Below, one piece after another: positions 38,019 through 47,423 of a stretch of 58,625 bases of DNA. The number at the start of each line of letters is the position of its first letter. Position 1 is the stretch's first letter. The position numbers and the translations under genes were made by a program. The notes below the pieces were generated by a model. The model searched no databases, was not told where the DNA came from, and saw only the letters and a program-made list of their open reading frames with translations. The DNA is from Myxococcota bacterium (GTDB lineage Bacteria; Myxococcota_A; UBA9160; SZUA-336): the NCBI GenBank assembly GCA_036337215.1, contig JAYZEO010000082.1, forward strand, positions 1 through 58,625, given 5' to 3'.

Positions 38019-39835
38019 CGGGCGATCCCGGTCGGGGACGACGGCAACTGGAGTTCGATCAGGTCGATCTGGCGCTGAATGTCGATCTCATCTTCGCCCT
38101 TGGGTCCCAGTAGCAGCGCCTTTCGATACGCGGCGAGCGCGTCATCGAGGCGAAACACCGCGCGATAGGCATCTGCGAGGTGACGCGTGATCAGCGGATC
38201 GTCCGGATCGATCAACTCGATCGCGCGCTCCAGCGTCTCGACCGACTCGCGCAGCGATCGCCGCGATTCGGTCACCCGGCCCTCTGCCAGTTCCGCGAGC
38301 CCGCGCTTGTAGAGCACCCAGCCCAGGCTGTCGATGACGTACCCGTCGTCGGACCGGAGTTCCACCGCGCGCCGCACCAACTCCTCCGCCTCCGAGAGAT
38401 GGATGCCGCGTTCCGCCCAGGTGTAACCGAGGTAGTTGAGACCGCTCGCGTGCGCGGGATCGAGTTCGATCACCTGCTTCATGAACTCGAGTGCACGCTC
38501 CTCGTCTCCCGCCTCGCCGTACACGACCCCCAGGTCGTAGAGCAGGTTCGGGTTGCCGGGATCGGACTCGACCAGGGTCGACATCAGCTCGACCGCGCCC
38601 TCGAAGTCCCCGGCGCGCTGCTTCAGCCCGGCATGGTAGACCTCGAGTGCCACCGACTCGTCCTGGTCACTGGCGGCGATCGCCAGCTCCATCTGCTGCA
38701 ATGCCTCATCCAGGCGTTCGCTGAGATCGAGGACGCGCGCCATCCGGAAGCGCGCGTCCGAGTATCGCTCCGCCGTCGAGGGCACCGCTCCGAGCGCCTC
38801 GAGTGCTTCCTTGTGCTGGCCGGCCGCAGCGTAGACGACGCCCAGGTAGTAGAGCACCTCGTCGAGCCGCGGATTGCGCTCCGCAACCGTGCGAAACTCG
38901 ACGATCGCGTCGTCGAGCCGATCGTCCTGGTAGTAGAAGAAGCCGAGTTGAATCCGCGCATTCAGGTCCTCGGGCGTCCGCGCGACGAGTTCCTCGAGCG
39001 CCTGGATCGAACCCTGCCGGTCCCCTGCGGCGTCACGAATCTGTGCGATCCGGTGCAGGGCGGCTGGATCGCCCGGAATCGCGGCAAGCTTCTCCTCCCA
39101 GATCGCGAGCTCTCCCGGCCCGTCGTCGGCGCGACGATAAAGGCGCGCGATTGCGTCGTAGAGTGGACTCGGTTGGCCCGGCTTCAGCTCCAGCGCATCC
39201 CGATACGCCTGCTCGGCACCCGCTATGTCGCCGAGTCGCTCCGCGGCAGCACCGAGTGCGAGGTAGCCGCGCGCCGCGTCGGGCCGGCGTTCGATGAAGA
39301 TCTCGGCGACCGCGCGCGCGGCCTGGAGGTCTCCACTTTGAAGGTAGAGATTGAACAATGCCAGGTAACCATCTGGATTGAGAAGGCCTTGATCGAGCGC
39401 CTCTTCGAGCAGTAGGCTCGCGTCCTCGAACCGCCCGGCCGACGCGTAAACTGCGGCAAGTCCCTGCCGGACCTGCATGTCCTCGGGATCGAGTTCGAGG
39501 GCGCGCTCCGCGTGCGCGGTCGCTCGGTCGAGCGCTCCGATCCGAGCCCAGATGTCGGCGAGATGCCTCTGGAGCAGGGACGAATCCGGATCGAGGAGCG
39601 CCGCCTGCTCGTACGCCTCGGCGGCCTCCTGCAGTTGGCCGTTGAACTCGAGCAGTCGCGCGCGCATGAAGTGCGCGCCCCCACGAACTTCGGCGGGTGC
39701 GGAGGGAAGCGAACTGGAAGGTCGCAGCGTTGTCGTCGCGCACCCCGCGAGCACGGAGACCGCGACCAGCGCGCCCGCCCACCTTGCGATCGCGTCGCCC
39801 AAGGCGACTCGTCCTGCAGCGTGGCTCATGCCCAT
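38015..39835 (-). CDS. Tetratricopeptide-repeat lipoprotein
   Basis: 606 aa with the lipobox VLAGC. About a dozen TPR-like units are visible (A..Y..AL.LDP pattern throughout). Confidence 0.8.
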   Translation of the reverse strand: MGMSHAAGRVALGDAIARWAGALVAVSVLAGCATTTLRPSSSLPSAPAEVRGGAHFMRARLLEFNGQLQEAAEAYEQAALLDPDSSLLQRHLADIWARIGALDRATAHAERALELDPEDMQVRQGLAAVYASAGRFEDASLLLEEALDQGLLNPDGYLALFNLYLQSGDLQAARAVAEIFIERRPDAARGYLALGAAAERLGDIAGAEQAYRDALELKPGQPSPLYDAIARLYRRADDGPGELAIWEEKLAAIPGDPAALHRIAQIRDAAGDRQGSIQALEELVARTPEDLNARIQLGFFYYQDDRLDDAIVEFRTVAERNPRLDEVLYYLGVVYAAAGQHKEALEALGAVPSTAERYSDARFRMARVLDLSERLDEALQQMELAIAASDQDESVALEVYHAGLKQRAGDFEGAVELMSTLVESDPGNPNLLYDLGVVYGEAGDEERALEFMKQVIELDPAHASGLNYLGYTWAERGIHLSEAEELVRRAVELRSDDGYVIDSLGWVLYKRGLAELAEGRVTESRRSLRESVETLERAIELIDPDDPLITRHLADAYRAVFRLDDALAAYRKALLLGPKGEDEIDIQRQIDLIELQLPSSPTGIAR

Positions 39836-39839
39836 GATC

Positions 39840-41264
39840 TCAGCTGTGGATCGCCCGCCCGAAAGCGTCGAGCACCGACTCGTGCATGGCCTCGGAAAGC
39901 GTCGGGTGCGGAAACACCGTCTGCATCAGCTCTTGCTCGGTCGTCTCGAGCTTGCGCGCGATGGCGAAGCCCTGAATCAACTCCGTAACCTCCGCGCCGA
40001 GCATGTGGGCACCGAGCAACTCCCCGGTCCTGGCGCAGAAGATCGTCTTCACCAACCCGTCGCGGTCACCGAGCGCGATGGCCTTGCCGTTTGCCTGGAA
40101 CGGGAACCGGCCGACACGAGTCTCGAAGCCCGCCTCGCCCGCCGCTCGTTCAGTCAGGCCGACGCTCGCGATCTGGGGCCGGCAGTAGGTGCAGCCCGGA
40201 ATCTCCTGCGCATCGAGCGGCCGCAGGCCCTCGACGCCCGCGATCCGCTCGACGCACAGCACACCCTCGTGGCTGGCCTTGTGAGCGAGCCAGGGCGGTC
40301 CCGCGAGGTCACCGATCGCGTAGATCCCGGGCTCGCCGGTGGCACCCCAGGGATCCGTCACGACGTGGCTCTTCTCGACCACGACTCCGGTGCCTTCGAG
40401 CCCGAGTTCCTCGGTGTTTCCGACGATGCCAACGGCCAGGATCACGCGATCCGCCTTCACGGTTTCAGTGCCGCCCTCGCTGATCTCGACCTCGGCCTCG
40501 ATGGCGTCGCCGCGCCGCTCCAACGACCGCACCGTGGCACCGGTGTGGATGTGGATGCCCTGGCTCTCGAAGAGCTTGCGCGCGAGCGCGGCAATCTCGT
40601 GGTCCTCGGCGGGCAGGATCTGGGGCAACACCTCGACCAGGGTGACTTCGCAGCCGAGGTCACGGTAGAAGCTCGCAAACTCCACGCCGATGGAGCCCGA
40701 GCCCACGATCAGCAGCGATTCCGGAAGCGACTCCGGGACCATGGCCTCCTTGTAGGTCCAGATTCGTTCGCCGTCGGGCTCGAGGCCGGGCAGCGTTCGC
40801 GCCCTCGCCCCCGTCGCCAGCACGATGTGCTCGGCTCGAAGTTCTCGGGTCCCGGAAGCTTCCGCCTCGCCGTTCCCGGTCACCCCGAGCCTGCCCGGAC
40901 CGACCAGTCGCGCGTGACCCTCGACCACCTCCACGGAATTCTTCTTGAGCAGGTGCTGGACTCCGCGCTGCAGACGACGGGCGACGTCGCGCGAGCGCTT
41001 CACGAGCGCCGGCAGGTCCACGCGAATGTCGCGTACGCCGAGGCCGAACTGGTCCAGGTTGTGGAGCAGGTGATGAATCTCTGAGGTGCGCAGCAGGGCC
41101 TTGGTCGGAATGCAGCCCCAGTTGAGACAGATCCCGCCGAGATGCTCGCGCTCGACCAGCGCCACCCGCAGGCCCAACTGGCGCGCCCGAATCGCGGCGA
41201 CATAGCCGCCCGGGCCGCCACCTACGACGACGAGATCGAAGGTCGACCCGCTCTCTGCACTCAT
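39840..41264 (-). CDS. lpdA: Dihydrolipoyl dehydrogenase
   Basis: The ATG at 41264 gives MSAESGSTFDLVVVGGGPGGYVAAIRARQLG. The redox-active disulfide is GGICLNWGCIPTK. The second NAD fold is LLIVGSGSIGVEFA and the C-terminus contains HPTLSEA. Confidence 0.93.
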   Translation of the reverse strand: MSAESGSTFDLVVVGGGPGGYVAAIRARQLGLRVALVEREHLGGICLNWGCIPTKALLRTSEIHHLLHNLDQFGLGVRDIRVDLPALVKRSRDVARRLQRGVQHLLKKNSVEVVEGHARLVGPGRLGVTGNGEAEASGTRELRAEHIVLATGARARTLPGLEPDGERIWTYKEAMVPESLPESLLIVGSGSIGVEFASFYRDLGCEVTLVEVLPQILPAEDHEIAALARKLFESQGIHIHTGATVRSLERRGDAIEAEVEISEGGTETVKADRVILAVGIVGNTEELGLEGTGVVVEKSHVVTDPWGATGEPGIYAIGDLAGPPWLAHKASHEGVLCVERIAGVEGLRPLDAQEIPGCTYCRPQIASVGLTERAAGEAGFETRVGRFPFQANGKAIALGDRDGLVKTIFCARTGELLGAHMLGAEVTELIQGFAIARKLETTEQELMQTVFPHPTLSEAMHESVLDAFGRAIHS

Positions 41265-41487
41265 ACGGACCTCATCCCCGGGGAAGTCTCCGGGCCTGCT
41301 CTGCCAATCGGCGCGACCCGATGCATGCATGAACGTAGCAGGCCCGGACAGCTTGTTCCTGCCTCGCCAACCCCTCCCTCCATGCGTTTTCATCCACTGC
41401 GCGCCCGGGTTCCCTCTGGGGCCCACCGGATTGGCGGATCCGGCGCGGGGTATGATCGCCAGCGCGCAGCCCAGACGGAGAAACCAG

Positions 41488-42744
41488 ATGCCCGAAGTTG
41501 GGAACCCCCTGACCTACCAGACGTCCGAGGCAGAGGTCGCAGCCAAAGTCTGGGTGCTGCAGGGCCAGGGAAACGCACTGGCAGTCGAGACCGAGGCGGG
41601 CGTCATCCTGGTCGATAGCGGCGCCGGCGGGTCCAGAACCGACGCGATGATCAGTTCGCTGCGAGAGCGTACCCGCGCACCCATTCACGCCATCTGCTAT
41701 TCGCACGGCCACCTTGGCTACAACGCGGGCGTGCCTCAGTGGCTGGCGCACGCAGAGGAGCGCGGAGACCCGACCCCGCGCCTGGTCGCCCACCAGAATC
41801 TGATCCGCCGCTACCGGCGCTACCGCGAGACGGCACCCCTGCAACAGCGACTGGCCGAGATCCAGTTCCGGATGCCGCCCGGGTCGATCGATGCGGAACT
41901 CGCGATCACGGACCCGACTGAGACCTTCTCGGACTCTCTGACGCTCAGCCCGCGCGAAGGGGCTCCCGGGCGCAAGGTCGAGCTGCTCTGGGCGCCGTCA
42001 GAGACCGACGACGCACTCGCCCTCTGGCTCCCGGACGAAAGGCTGCTCTACGGCGGAGCAGCAGTGATCGCGAGCATCCCCAACGTCGGCACCCCGCTCC
42101 GGACGCTTCGCGACACGGTGCGCTGGGCCGAAACCCTCGAGCGCCTCGCGGATCTCGAGCCCGCGATCGTGATTCGAGAGTTCGGCCCCGCGATCGAGCC
42201 GGCGGAAGAGGCTCAGCGCATCCTGCGCGCCACTGCCGAGGCGCTCCGCTGGCTGCGCGCGGCCGTCGTCGCGCGCATGAATCGGGGCATGAACGTGACC
42301 GAGATTCTGCACGACCTCGAGTATCCGCCTGCGCTCTTCGACCAGCCCTGGATGGCACCCGTGTACGGCTGCCCGGATTACATCGTGCGCGAAATCTACC
42401 GTTCCGAGAACGGCTGGTGGGACCGGAACCCCACCAGCCTCCACCCAGCCTCCCAGGACGCTGCCGCCTCCGCGATCGTGTCCGCACTCGCGGACCGCCC
42501 CGCGGTCCTCGGGCGCGCCCGCGAGCTGGCCGCGCAGGGCCAGCACCAACTCGCCCTCCACGTGATCGACCTGCTGGCGCTGGCGCCCGGAGACGACCCG
42601 GATGTCGCAGAGGCCCGAAAGCTCAAGGCGGAGTGGCTCAGGGTCCGCGCAAGCGAAGTGTCGAGTTTCGTTTCTCGGAGCCTCTATCTCTCGTCTTCGC
42701 GCCTGATCGAAAAGAATCGGGGCGGGGTCGTCGGGATTCGCTGA
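41488..42744 (+). CDS. Alkyl-sulfatase-like protein: MBL-fold plus alkyl-sulfatase dimerisation domain, with a degenerate metal motif and no SCP2 domain
   Basis: The ATG at 41488 is preceded by ACGGAG. The MBL motif 2 reads SHGHLGY instead of HxHxDH. PSETDDALALWLPDERLL and IPNVGTPLRTLRDTVRWAETL are present. The dimerisation-domain signature is IVREIYRSENGWWDRNPTSLHP. The protein is 418 aa. Confidence 0.65.
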   Translation: MPEVGNPLTYQTSEAEVAAKVWVLQGQGNALAVETEAGVILVDSGAGGSRTDAMISSLRERTRAPIHAICYSHGHLGYNAGVPQWLAHAEERGDPTPRLVAHQNLIRRYRRYRETAPLQQRLAEIQFRMPPGSIDAELAITDPTETFSDSLTLSPREGAPGRKVELLWAPSETDDALALWLPDERLLYGGAAVIASIPNVGTPLRTLRDTVRWAETLERLADLEPAIVIREFGPAIEPAEEAQRILRATAEALRWLRAAVVARMNRGMNVTEILHDLEYPPALFDQPWMAPVYGCPDYIVREIYRSENGWWDRNPTSLHPASQDAAASAIVSALADRPAVLGRARELAAQGQHQLALHVIDLLALAPGDDPDVAEARKLKAEWLRVRASEVSSFVSRSLYLSSSRLIEKNRGGVVGIR

Positions 42745-42940
42745 CGTTCACGGCCGGGCCCGGGGTCCGCCCGCAAACGTGGACCTGGCGTTCGCTGGCC
42801 CGGGCCACGCCTGCCGGCTGCGAACCCAGCGCGGTTCCCCAGGCCAGCGGATCCCTCCCAGGCTGTCCGGCGTGGTCTATGATGGCGCGTCCCCGGAAGC
42901 CGCCCGCGGCGTCCCGGCGGTCTCGCGTAAGGAGAATCAG

Positions 42941-43390
42941 ATGAAGTTTCGCGCCACCCTCGTCGTCTGCGCGCTCGCGTTTGCACTCTTTGCCCTGCCG
43001 GGCAGCTCATTCGCCGATAACGAGCGCCACTCGAAGCGGCAACACAACGTGGTCACCATCGACGCCATGCAGGTCCGCCCCAAGGTTCTCAAGGTGAGCA
43101 AGGACCAGGTCGTGGTCTGGGCAAATTACTCGCAGAAGACGGTCCAGCTGAGCTTCCCGGTCGCAATGGCAGACAAGTTCACCTGTCCAATCCGGCCCCG
43201 CTTCTACAAGGGAGGCAAGGGCAACCTGCTCTCAGAGCCGATCCGCGACCTGGAATTCGCGATGCCTTGCCGCATCGAGCCGGGCAATTACCCCTACGAG
43301 GTCCTGGGACTGAGTTCGCCGGGGCCGATGGACATGAACCCCGAAGCCGTGGTCGGCTTCTCGGCGAAGGGCACGCTCATCGTCGAGTGA
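42941..43390 (+). CDS. Secreted hypothetical protein (possibly a cupredoxin-like beta-sandwich without copper ligands)
   Basis: The ATG at 42941 is preceded by AAGGAG. The signal peptide is [25 protein letters not shown]. The segment [28 protein letters not shown] resembles the cupredoxin pattern (F.P..l.v..G..V.W.N). The fold call is weak. Confidence 0.55.
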   Translation: MKFRATLVVCALAFALFALPGSSFADNERHSKRQHNVVTIDAMQVRPKVLKVSKDQVVVWANYSQKTVQLSFPVAMADKFTCPIRPRFYKGGKGNLLSEPIRDLEFAMPCRIEPGNYPYEVLGLSSPGPMDMNPEAVVGFSAKGTLIVE

Positions 43391-44027
43391 GGGGACCGGG
43401 CGTTCGCGGTGGCGCGGCGTCGATGAGCTCGCGATCGACGAGTTCCTCGAGAAGCTGATCGACACACGCTTCGAGCGCCCGCCGGTGCGTCCGGACCACG
43501 ACCTCGGCGCGCTCGGGCGGCTCGTAGGGGGCCGAAACCCCGGTAAACTCGGGTACCTCTCCCGCGCGCGCGCTCCGGTAGAGGCCCTTTACGTCTCGCG
43601 CCTCACACGCCTCGAGCGGACAGTCCACGAAGATCTCGATGAAGTCCCCGGGGGCGAAGAGTTCCCGTACCGATGCCCGGTCCGCTCGATACGGCGAGAT
43701 GAATGCGGCCAGAACCAACTGTCCCGCATCCGTGAACAGCTTGGCCACCTCGCCGACCCGACGGATGTTCTCGCTCCGATCCTCCGGCGAGAAGCCCAGG
43801 TTCGCGTTCAACCCGTGCCGGACGTTGTCTCCATCGAGCACGTAGGAGACGACTCCGCGCCGCAGCAGTTCGTACTCGAGCGCGTGGGCGAGCGTCGACT
43901 TGCCCGAACCCGACATCCCCGTGAACCAGAGGGTGGCCGCCCGATGGCCCAGCAGCGCCCGGCGATCCTCGCGCGTGACGCGACTCTCGGCCCGGCTCAG
44001 GTTCTGGCTCTTGGGCGCCTGAGACAC
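43377..44027 (-). CDS. cysC: Adenylyl-sulfate (APS) kinase
   Basis: The GTG at 44027 is preceded by GGGAGA. It contains [50 protein letters not shown] and FISPYRADR. Confidence 0.9.
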   Translation of the reverse strand: MSQAPKSQNLSRAESRVTREDRRALLGHRAATLWFTGMSGSGKSTLAHALEYELLRRGVVSYVLDGDNVRHGLNANLGFSPEDRSENIRRVGEVAKLFTDAGQLVLAAFISPYRADRASVRELFAPGDFIEIFVDCPLEACEARDVKGLYRSARAGEVPEFTGVSAPYEPPERAEVVVRTHRRALEACVDQLLEELVDRELIDAAPPRTPGPLTRR

Positions 44028-44088
44028 AGTGATTCTCCCGCACGGCCGAGGTCGGAGGATAACACCCGGCGCAGCGGCCAAATTCCGG

Positions 44089-44484
44089 CTAGACGCCCGT
44101 CTGGCGCTTGGAACAAAACGCCTCGACCGCCGCCGCCAGCGCCGCTCGCGCCAACTCTGCGCTGCGCACGCGCTCCGGGGGACGAGAGAGAGCGCGCGCG
44201 AGGTCGCGGGTCGCGAGCCCGGCCGCGAACGAGAGGGGTTGTCCCAGGACCCGCTCGGTCGCGAGGCTGGCAGCCGCGATCGTCGCCGGGCAGCCGAATG
44301 CCCTGAACACGGCCTCGCGCACCAACTGATCCGGTCCAACCCGAATCTGAATACGCACCAACTCACCCTCTTCGGCAGCGCCGGCTTCACCGCCTGCCAC
44401 GTCGGGATCCTGAGCCGGAAGCCGACCGGCGTTCCTGGGGTGCCGGCAAAGCTCGATCACCTCGGCACTGTAGGGCTCAGGCAC
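44089..44484 (-). CDS. IscU/NifU N-terminal-domain-like protein lacking two of the three cluster-ligand cysteines
   Basis: The GTG at 44484 overlaps the iscS stop by 8 nt. [16 protein letters not shown] matches the IscU N-terminus. [15 protein letters not shown] replaces [26 protein letters not shown] keeps the central Cys. RVRSAELA replaces KIHCSILA. Confidence 0.75.
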   Translation of the reverse strand: MPEPYSAEVIELCRHPRNAGRLPAQDPDVAGGEAGAAEEGELVRIQIRVGPDQLVREAVFRAFGCPATIAAASLATERVLGQPLSFAAGLATRDLARALSRPPERVRSAELARAALAAAVEAFCSKRQTGV

Positions 44485-45652
44485 GCCGATCGTCCCAGAC
44501 CGGCGAGACACCTCGCAAGCGCCGCACCTGCTCCACGATCCGGTCCGCCGCAAACTCGACCTCCTCGGCTGTGTTGAAACGTCCGAGGCCGAAGCGGATC
44601 GACGACAGCGCTCGCTCCGGACCGAGTCCGAGCGCGCGCAACACGTGCGAGGGCTCGCGGCGCGCCGAGGAACACGCGGAGCCAGAAGACAGCGCCAGTT
44701 CCGGCAGCCCGAGCAGCAGCGCTTCGCCCTCGACACCCTCGAAGCACAGGTTCAGGTTGCCCGGAAGCGCGTTCTCGACTTCGCCGTTGCGCAGGATCGC
44801 GGACAGTTCGGACGTCAGGCGTTCCAGCAGTCGATCGCGCAACCCGCCGACACGAAGAGCCTCGGGCTCAAGTTCACCGACTGCAATTTCGCAGGCCCGG
44901 GCAAAGCCCACCGCAAGTGCGACCGGGGCCGTACCACTGCGCAGGCCGCGCTCGTTGCCGCCACCGTAGAGAATCGGGACCAGGCGCATGCGCGGCCGCG
45001 GCCTGACGAATAGCGCCCCGATTCCCTTTGGGCCGTAAAGCTTGTGAGCCGAGCAGGAGAGCAGATCCACACCCAGCGCGGCCACGTCGACCGGGACCTT
45101 GCCCAGCGACTGCGTCGCATCGGTGTGGAGCGGAACCCCGCGCGCGCGCGTGATCTCGGCGATCTCGGCGATCGGCTGGAGCACCCCGATTTCGCCGTTG
45201 GCGTGCGCAATACTCACCAGCACGGTGTCGGGTTCGATTGCCGCCCGAACCGCATCGGGCGACACCCGTCCCGCGCGATCGACCCCTAACACCGAGACCC
45301 GGACCTGCTCTCGCTCGAGCGCCCGGCAGGAGTCCAAAACGGAAGGATGCTCGGTCGCGCACGTCACGATGTGCGCGGCGCGCCCACGCCGAGCGCGGGC
45401 CGCTCCAAACAGGGCCAGGTTGTTGGCCTCGGTCGCGCCCGAGGTCAACAGCAGGCCCCGGGCATCAGCCCCGAGTGCTTCCGCGATCGTCCCCCGCGCC
45501 GTCTCCAGCGCATCCCGTGCGCGCCAGCCATGTGCGTGCGTCACGCTCGAGGCGTTTCCAAAATGCTCGGTGAAGTAGGGCAGCATGGCTTCGACCACAC
45601 GGGGGTCGCAGCGCGTCGTCGCGTGGTTATCGAGGTAAATCGGCAGATGCAT
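44477..45652 (-). CDS. iscS: Cysteine desulfurase (IscS/NifS class I)
   Basis: The ATG at 45652 gives MHLPIYLDNHATTRCDPRVVEAM. The PLP lysine lies in SAHKLYGPKGIGALFVR and the catalytic loop is SSGSACSSARREPSHVLRALG. Confidence 0.92.
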   Translation of the reverse strand: MHLPIYLDNHATTRCDPRVVEAMLPYFTEHFGNASSVTHAHGWRARDALETARGTIAEALGADARGLLLTSGATEANNLALFGAARARRGRAAHIVTCATEHPSVLDSCRALEREQVRVSVLGVDRAGRVSPDAVRAAIEPDTVLVSIAHANGEIGVLQPIAEIAEITRARGVPLHTDATQSLGKVPVDVAALGVDLLSCSAHKLYGPKGIGALFVRPRPRMRLVPILYGGGNERGLRSGTAPVALAVGFARACEIAVGELEPEALRVGGLRDRLLERLTSELSAILRNGEVENALPGNLNLCFEGVEGEALLLGLPELALSSGSACSSARREPSHVLRALGLGPERALSSIRFGLGRFNTAEEVEFAADRIVEQVRRLRGVSPVWDDRRA

Positions 45653-45753
45653 GACCCGCTCGAGGCCCGTGAAGCCGGGCAAATTCTCCTCTTGGCTGCG
45701 TGCCCCGCATAGTGCATCCTCAGTGAGAGCGTCGCCAGGAGTTGCCTGTAGCC

Positions 45754-46584
45754 ATGCCACTCGCTCATTTGGCCGGTCTCCTTGTCCTGTGTGGGGTCCT
45801 GCTCGCTCCACCGAGCGCCGCCCGACCTTCCGAGGACGTACTCCCCCGGGGGGGCCAGACGGCCCGAGCGCTCGCGGAGAGTTGGTTTCACCAGCATCAG
45901 GGTTTCGACTCGGTGGAGGCGTACGAGGCCCAGGTCGGCTCAGTCCGAGTCGAGTTCGGGATCGCGCGGAAGTGGGTCGACGGCGTGGCTAAGCTCCTGC
46001 TCGACTTCAACAAACCCGCCGTGCTCGATGATCTGATGCTGCTCTTTCTTCAGCAACGCGACCGCTCGGATGACCTGTTCGTGTACCTCTCTCCCCGGCT
46101 TTTTCCCCCGACCGTCTCGCGCCGAATTCGGCGCCTGCACGTCAGGCGACTGGACCTCGGGCTTCCGGCCGCCGCACGCTTCGTTCAGATCGGCGACTTC
46201 CGCCCGTTCCTGCCCGGCGAACTGAGATATACCCGCAGCTCCGATATCGAGATCGAGGGGGAAGCCTGCCGCGTGATCGAGAGCCGGCCGGTCGATGCCG
46301 GACGCTTCTCGTTCGATCGCCTCGAACTCGCGCTCTCGAGGCAGACCGGGGTCGCGCTCCGAACACGCCACTACCGCAACGAGCAATTGATCCGCGAGGT
46401 CTACGTCTCTCCGAAGGACGTCGCAGAATTCGACGGCCACTGGCTCCCGGTCCGGCAGCAGATCCGGGTTCCGGGCCAACCCTCCCTCGACCTGACGCTC
46501 AAGAACGTGGACGTCGGACCTCCGCTTCCGGACCGCCTGTTCTTGCCCCGGAACCTGATCGCCCAGAAGTTCCCGGCTTTCTAG
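45754..46584 (+). CDS. LolA-like outer-membrane lipoprotein-sorting family protein (paralogue 1)
   Basis: The ATG at 45754 is preceded by AGGAG (an alternative TTG lies at 45742). It has a signal peptide. The C-terminal pattern is WLPVRQQIRVPGQPSLDLTLKNVDVGPPLPDRLF. It parallels its neighbour in length and in the C-terminal motif. Confidence 0.55.
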   Translation: MPLAHLAGLLVLCGVLLAPPSAARPSEDVLPRGGQTARALAESWFHQHQGFDSVEAYEAQVGSVRVEFGIARKWVDGVAKLLLDFNKPAVLDDLMLLFLQQRDRSDDLFVYLSPRLFPPTVSRRIRRLHVRRLDLGLPAAARFVQIGDFRPFLPGELRYTRSSDIEIEGEACRVIESRPVDAGRFSFDRLELALSRQTGVALRTRHYRNEQLIREVYVSPKDVAEFDGHWLPVRQQIRVPGQPSLDLTLKNVDVGPPLPDRLFLPRNLIAQKFPAF

Positions 46585-46655
46585 CAGCGCCTCATGCTCC
46601 GGGGGTCATCTCCCGATCTGGTCTCTGGACTTTTCGGAACCGGAGACCGACGACC

Positions 46656-47423
46656 ATGCGCCGACACGGCTGGGCCCTGGTGGCCATGCTGCCCTTCATT
46701 ACGGGCTTCGAAGGATCGCAGGCGCGAGAAGCGCTCGACCTTGCGTTCCACAACCTCTACGGAGCCGATGTACTCGCCGCCGTCGAACTCGTGGTCTCGG
46801 CCCGACCCTCCCAAGAGGTGCGGGTCGAGTTCGCGTACGGCCGAAAGCGCACGCCCGAAGGCACCCGCACCTTGCTCTACAGCCGGAGCGGCGACCGTCG
46901 GAGCCCGCGCGCGCTGCTGGTCCAGCGCCCGGGCGGCAACGACCGCATTTACCTGAGCGAAGGAACCCAGGGCGCGGTCCGGCCACTCCCGGCCGGAAAC
47001 CACACCTGGCCGCTGTTCGGCAGCCACTTCAACTACGACGACTTCCGCACCCATAGCGCCGACGAATACCGGATCGAGGTTCTGGGATCGGACCAGGTGC
47101 AGGGCGAGCCGTGCCAGGTGCTGCGCCTGCGACCCATCCTCGGGCCCTACACCATGATCGTGATGTGGATCTCGACCGACCGGCCCGTGATCGTGCGCGC
47201 CGACTACTTCGACCGAAAGGGACTCTTCAAGCGCTATCGCATGGCGCTCGAACATCTGGAGCAGCACTTCGAGTGGTGGGTACCGATGCAGGACGAAATG
47301 CTCGACCTCCGAACCGGGCTGCGCACCACCCGGCGGATCCGCAACATCATGGTCGACAGCTACCTCGGAGACGAGGTCTTCAGCCTGCGCCAGCTGGCGC
47401 GCGGGAGAATGCCGCGCTTCTGA
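46656..47423 (+). CDS. LolA-like outer-membrane lipoprotein-sorting family protein (paralogue 2)
   Basis: 255 aa with a signal peptide. It contains PLFGSHFNYDDFR, GEPCQVLRLRP and WWVPMQDEMLDLRTGLRTTRRIRNIMVDSYLGDEVFS. Confidence 0.55.
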   Translation: MRRHGWALVAMLPFITGFEGSQAREALDLAFHNLYGADVLAAVELVVSARPSQEVRVEFAYGRKRTPEGTRTLLYSRSGDRRSPRALLVQRPGGNDRIYLSEGTQGAVRPLPAGNHTWPLFGSHFNYDDFRTHSADEYRIEVLGSDQVQGEPCQVLRLRPILGPYTMIVMWISTDRPVIVRADYFDRKGLFKRYRMALEHLEQHFEWWVPMQDEMLDLRTGLRTTRRIRNIMVDSYLGDEVFSLRQLARGRMPRF

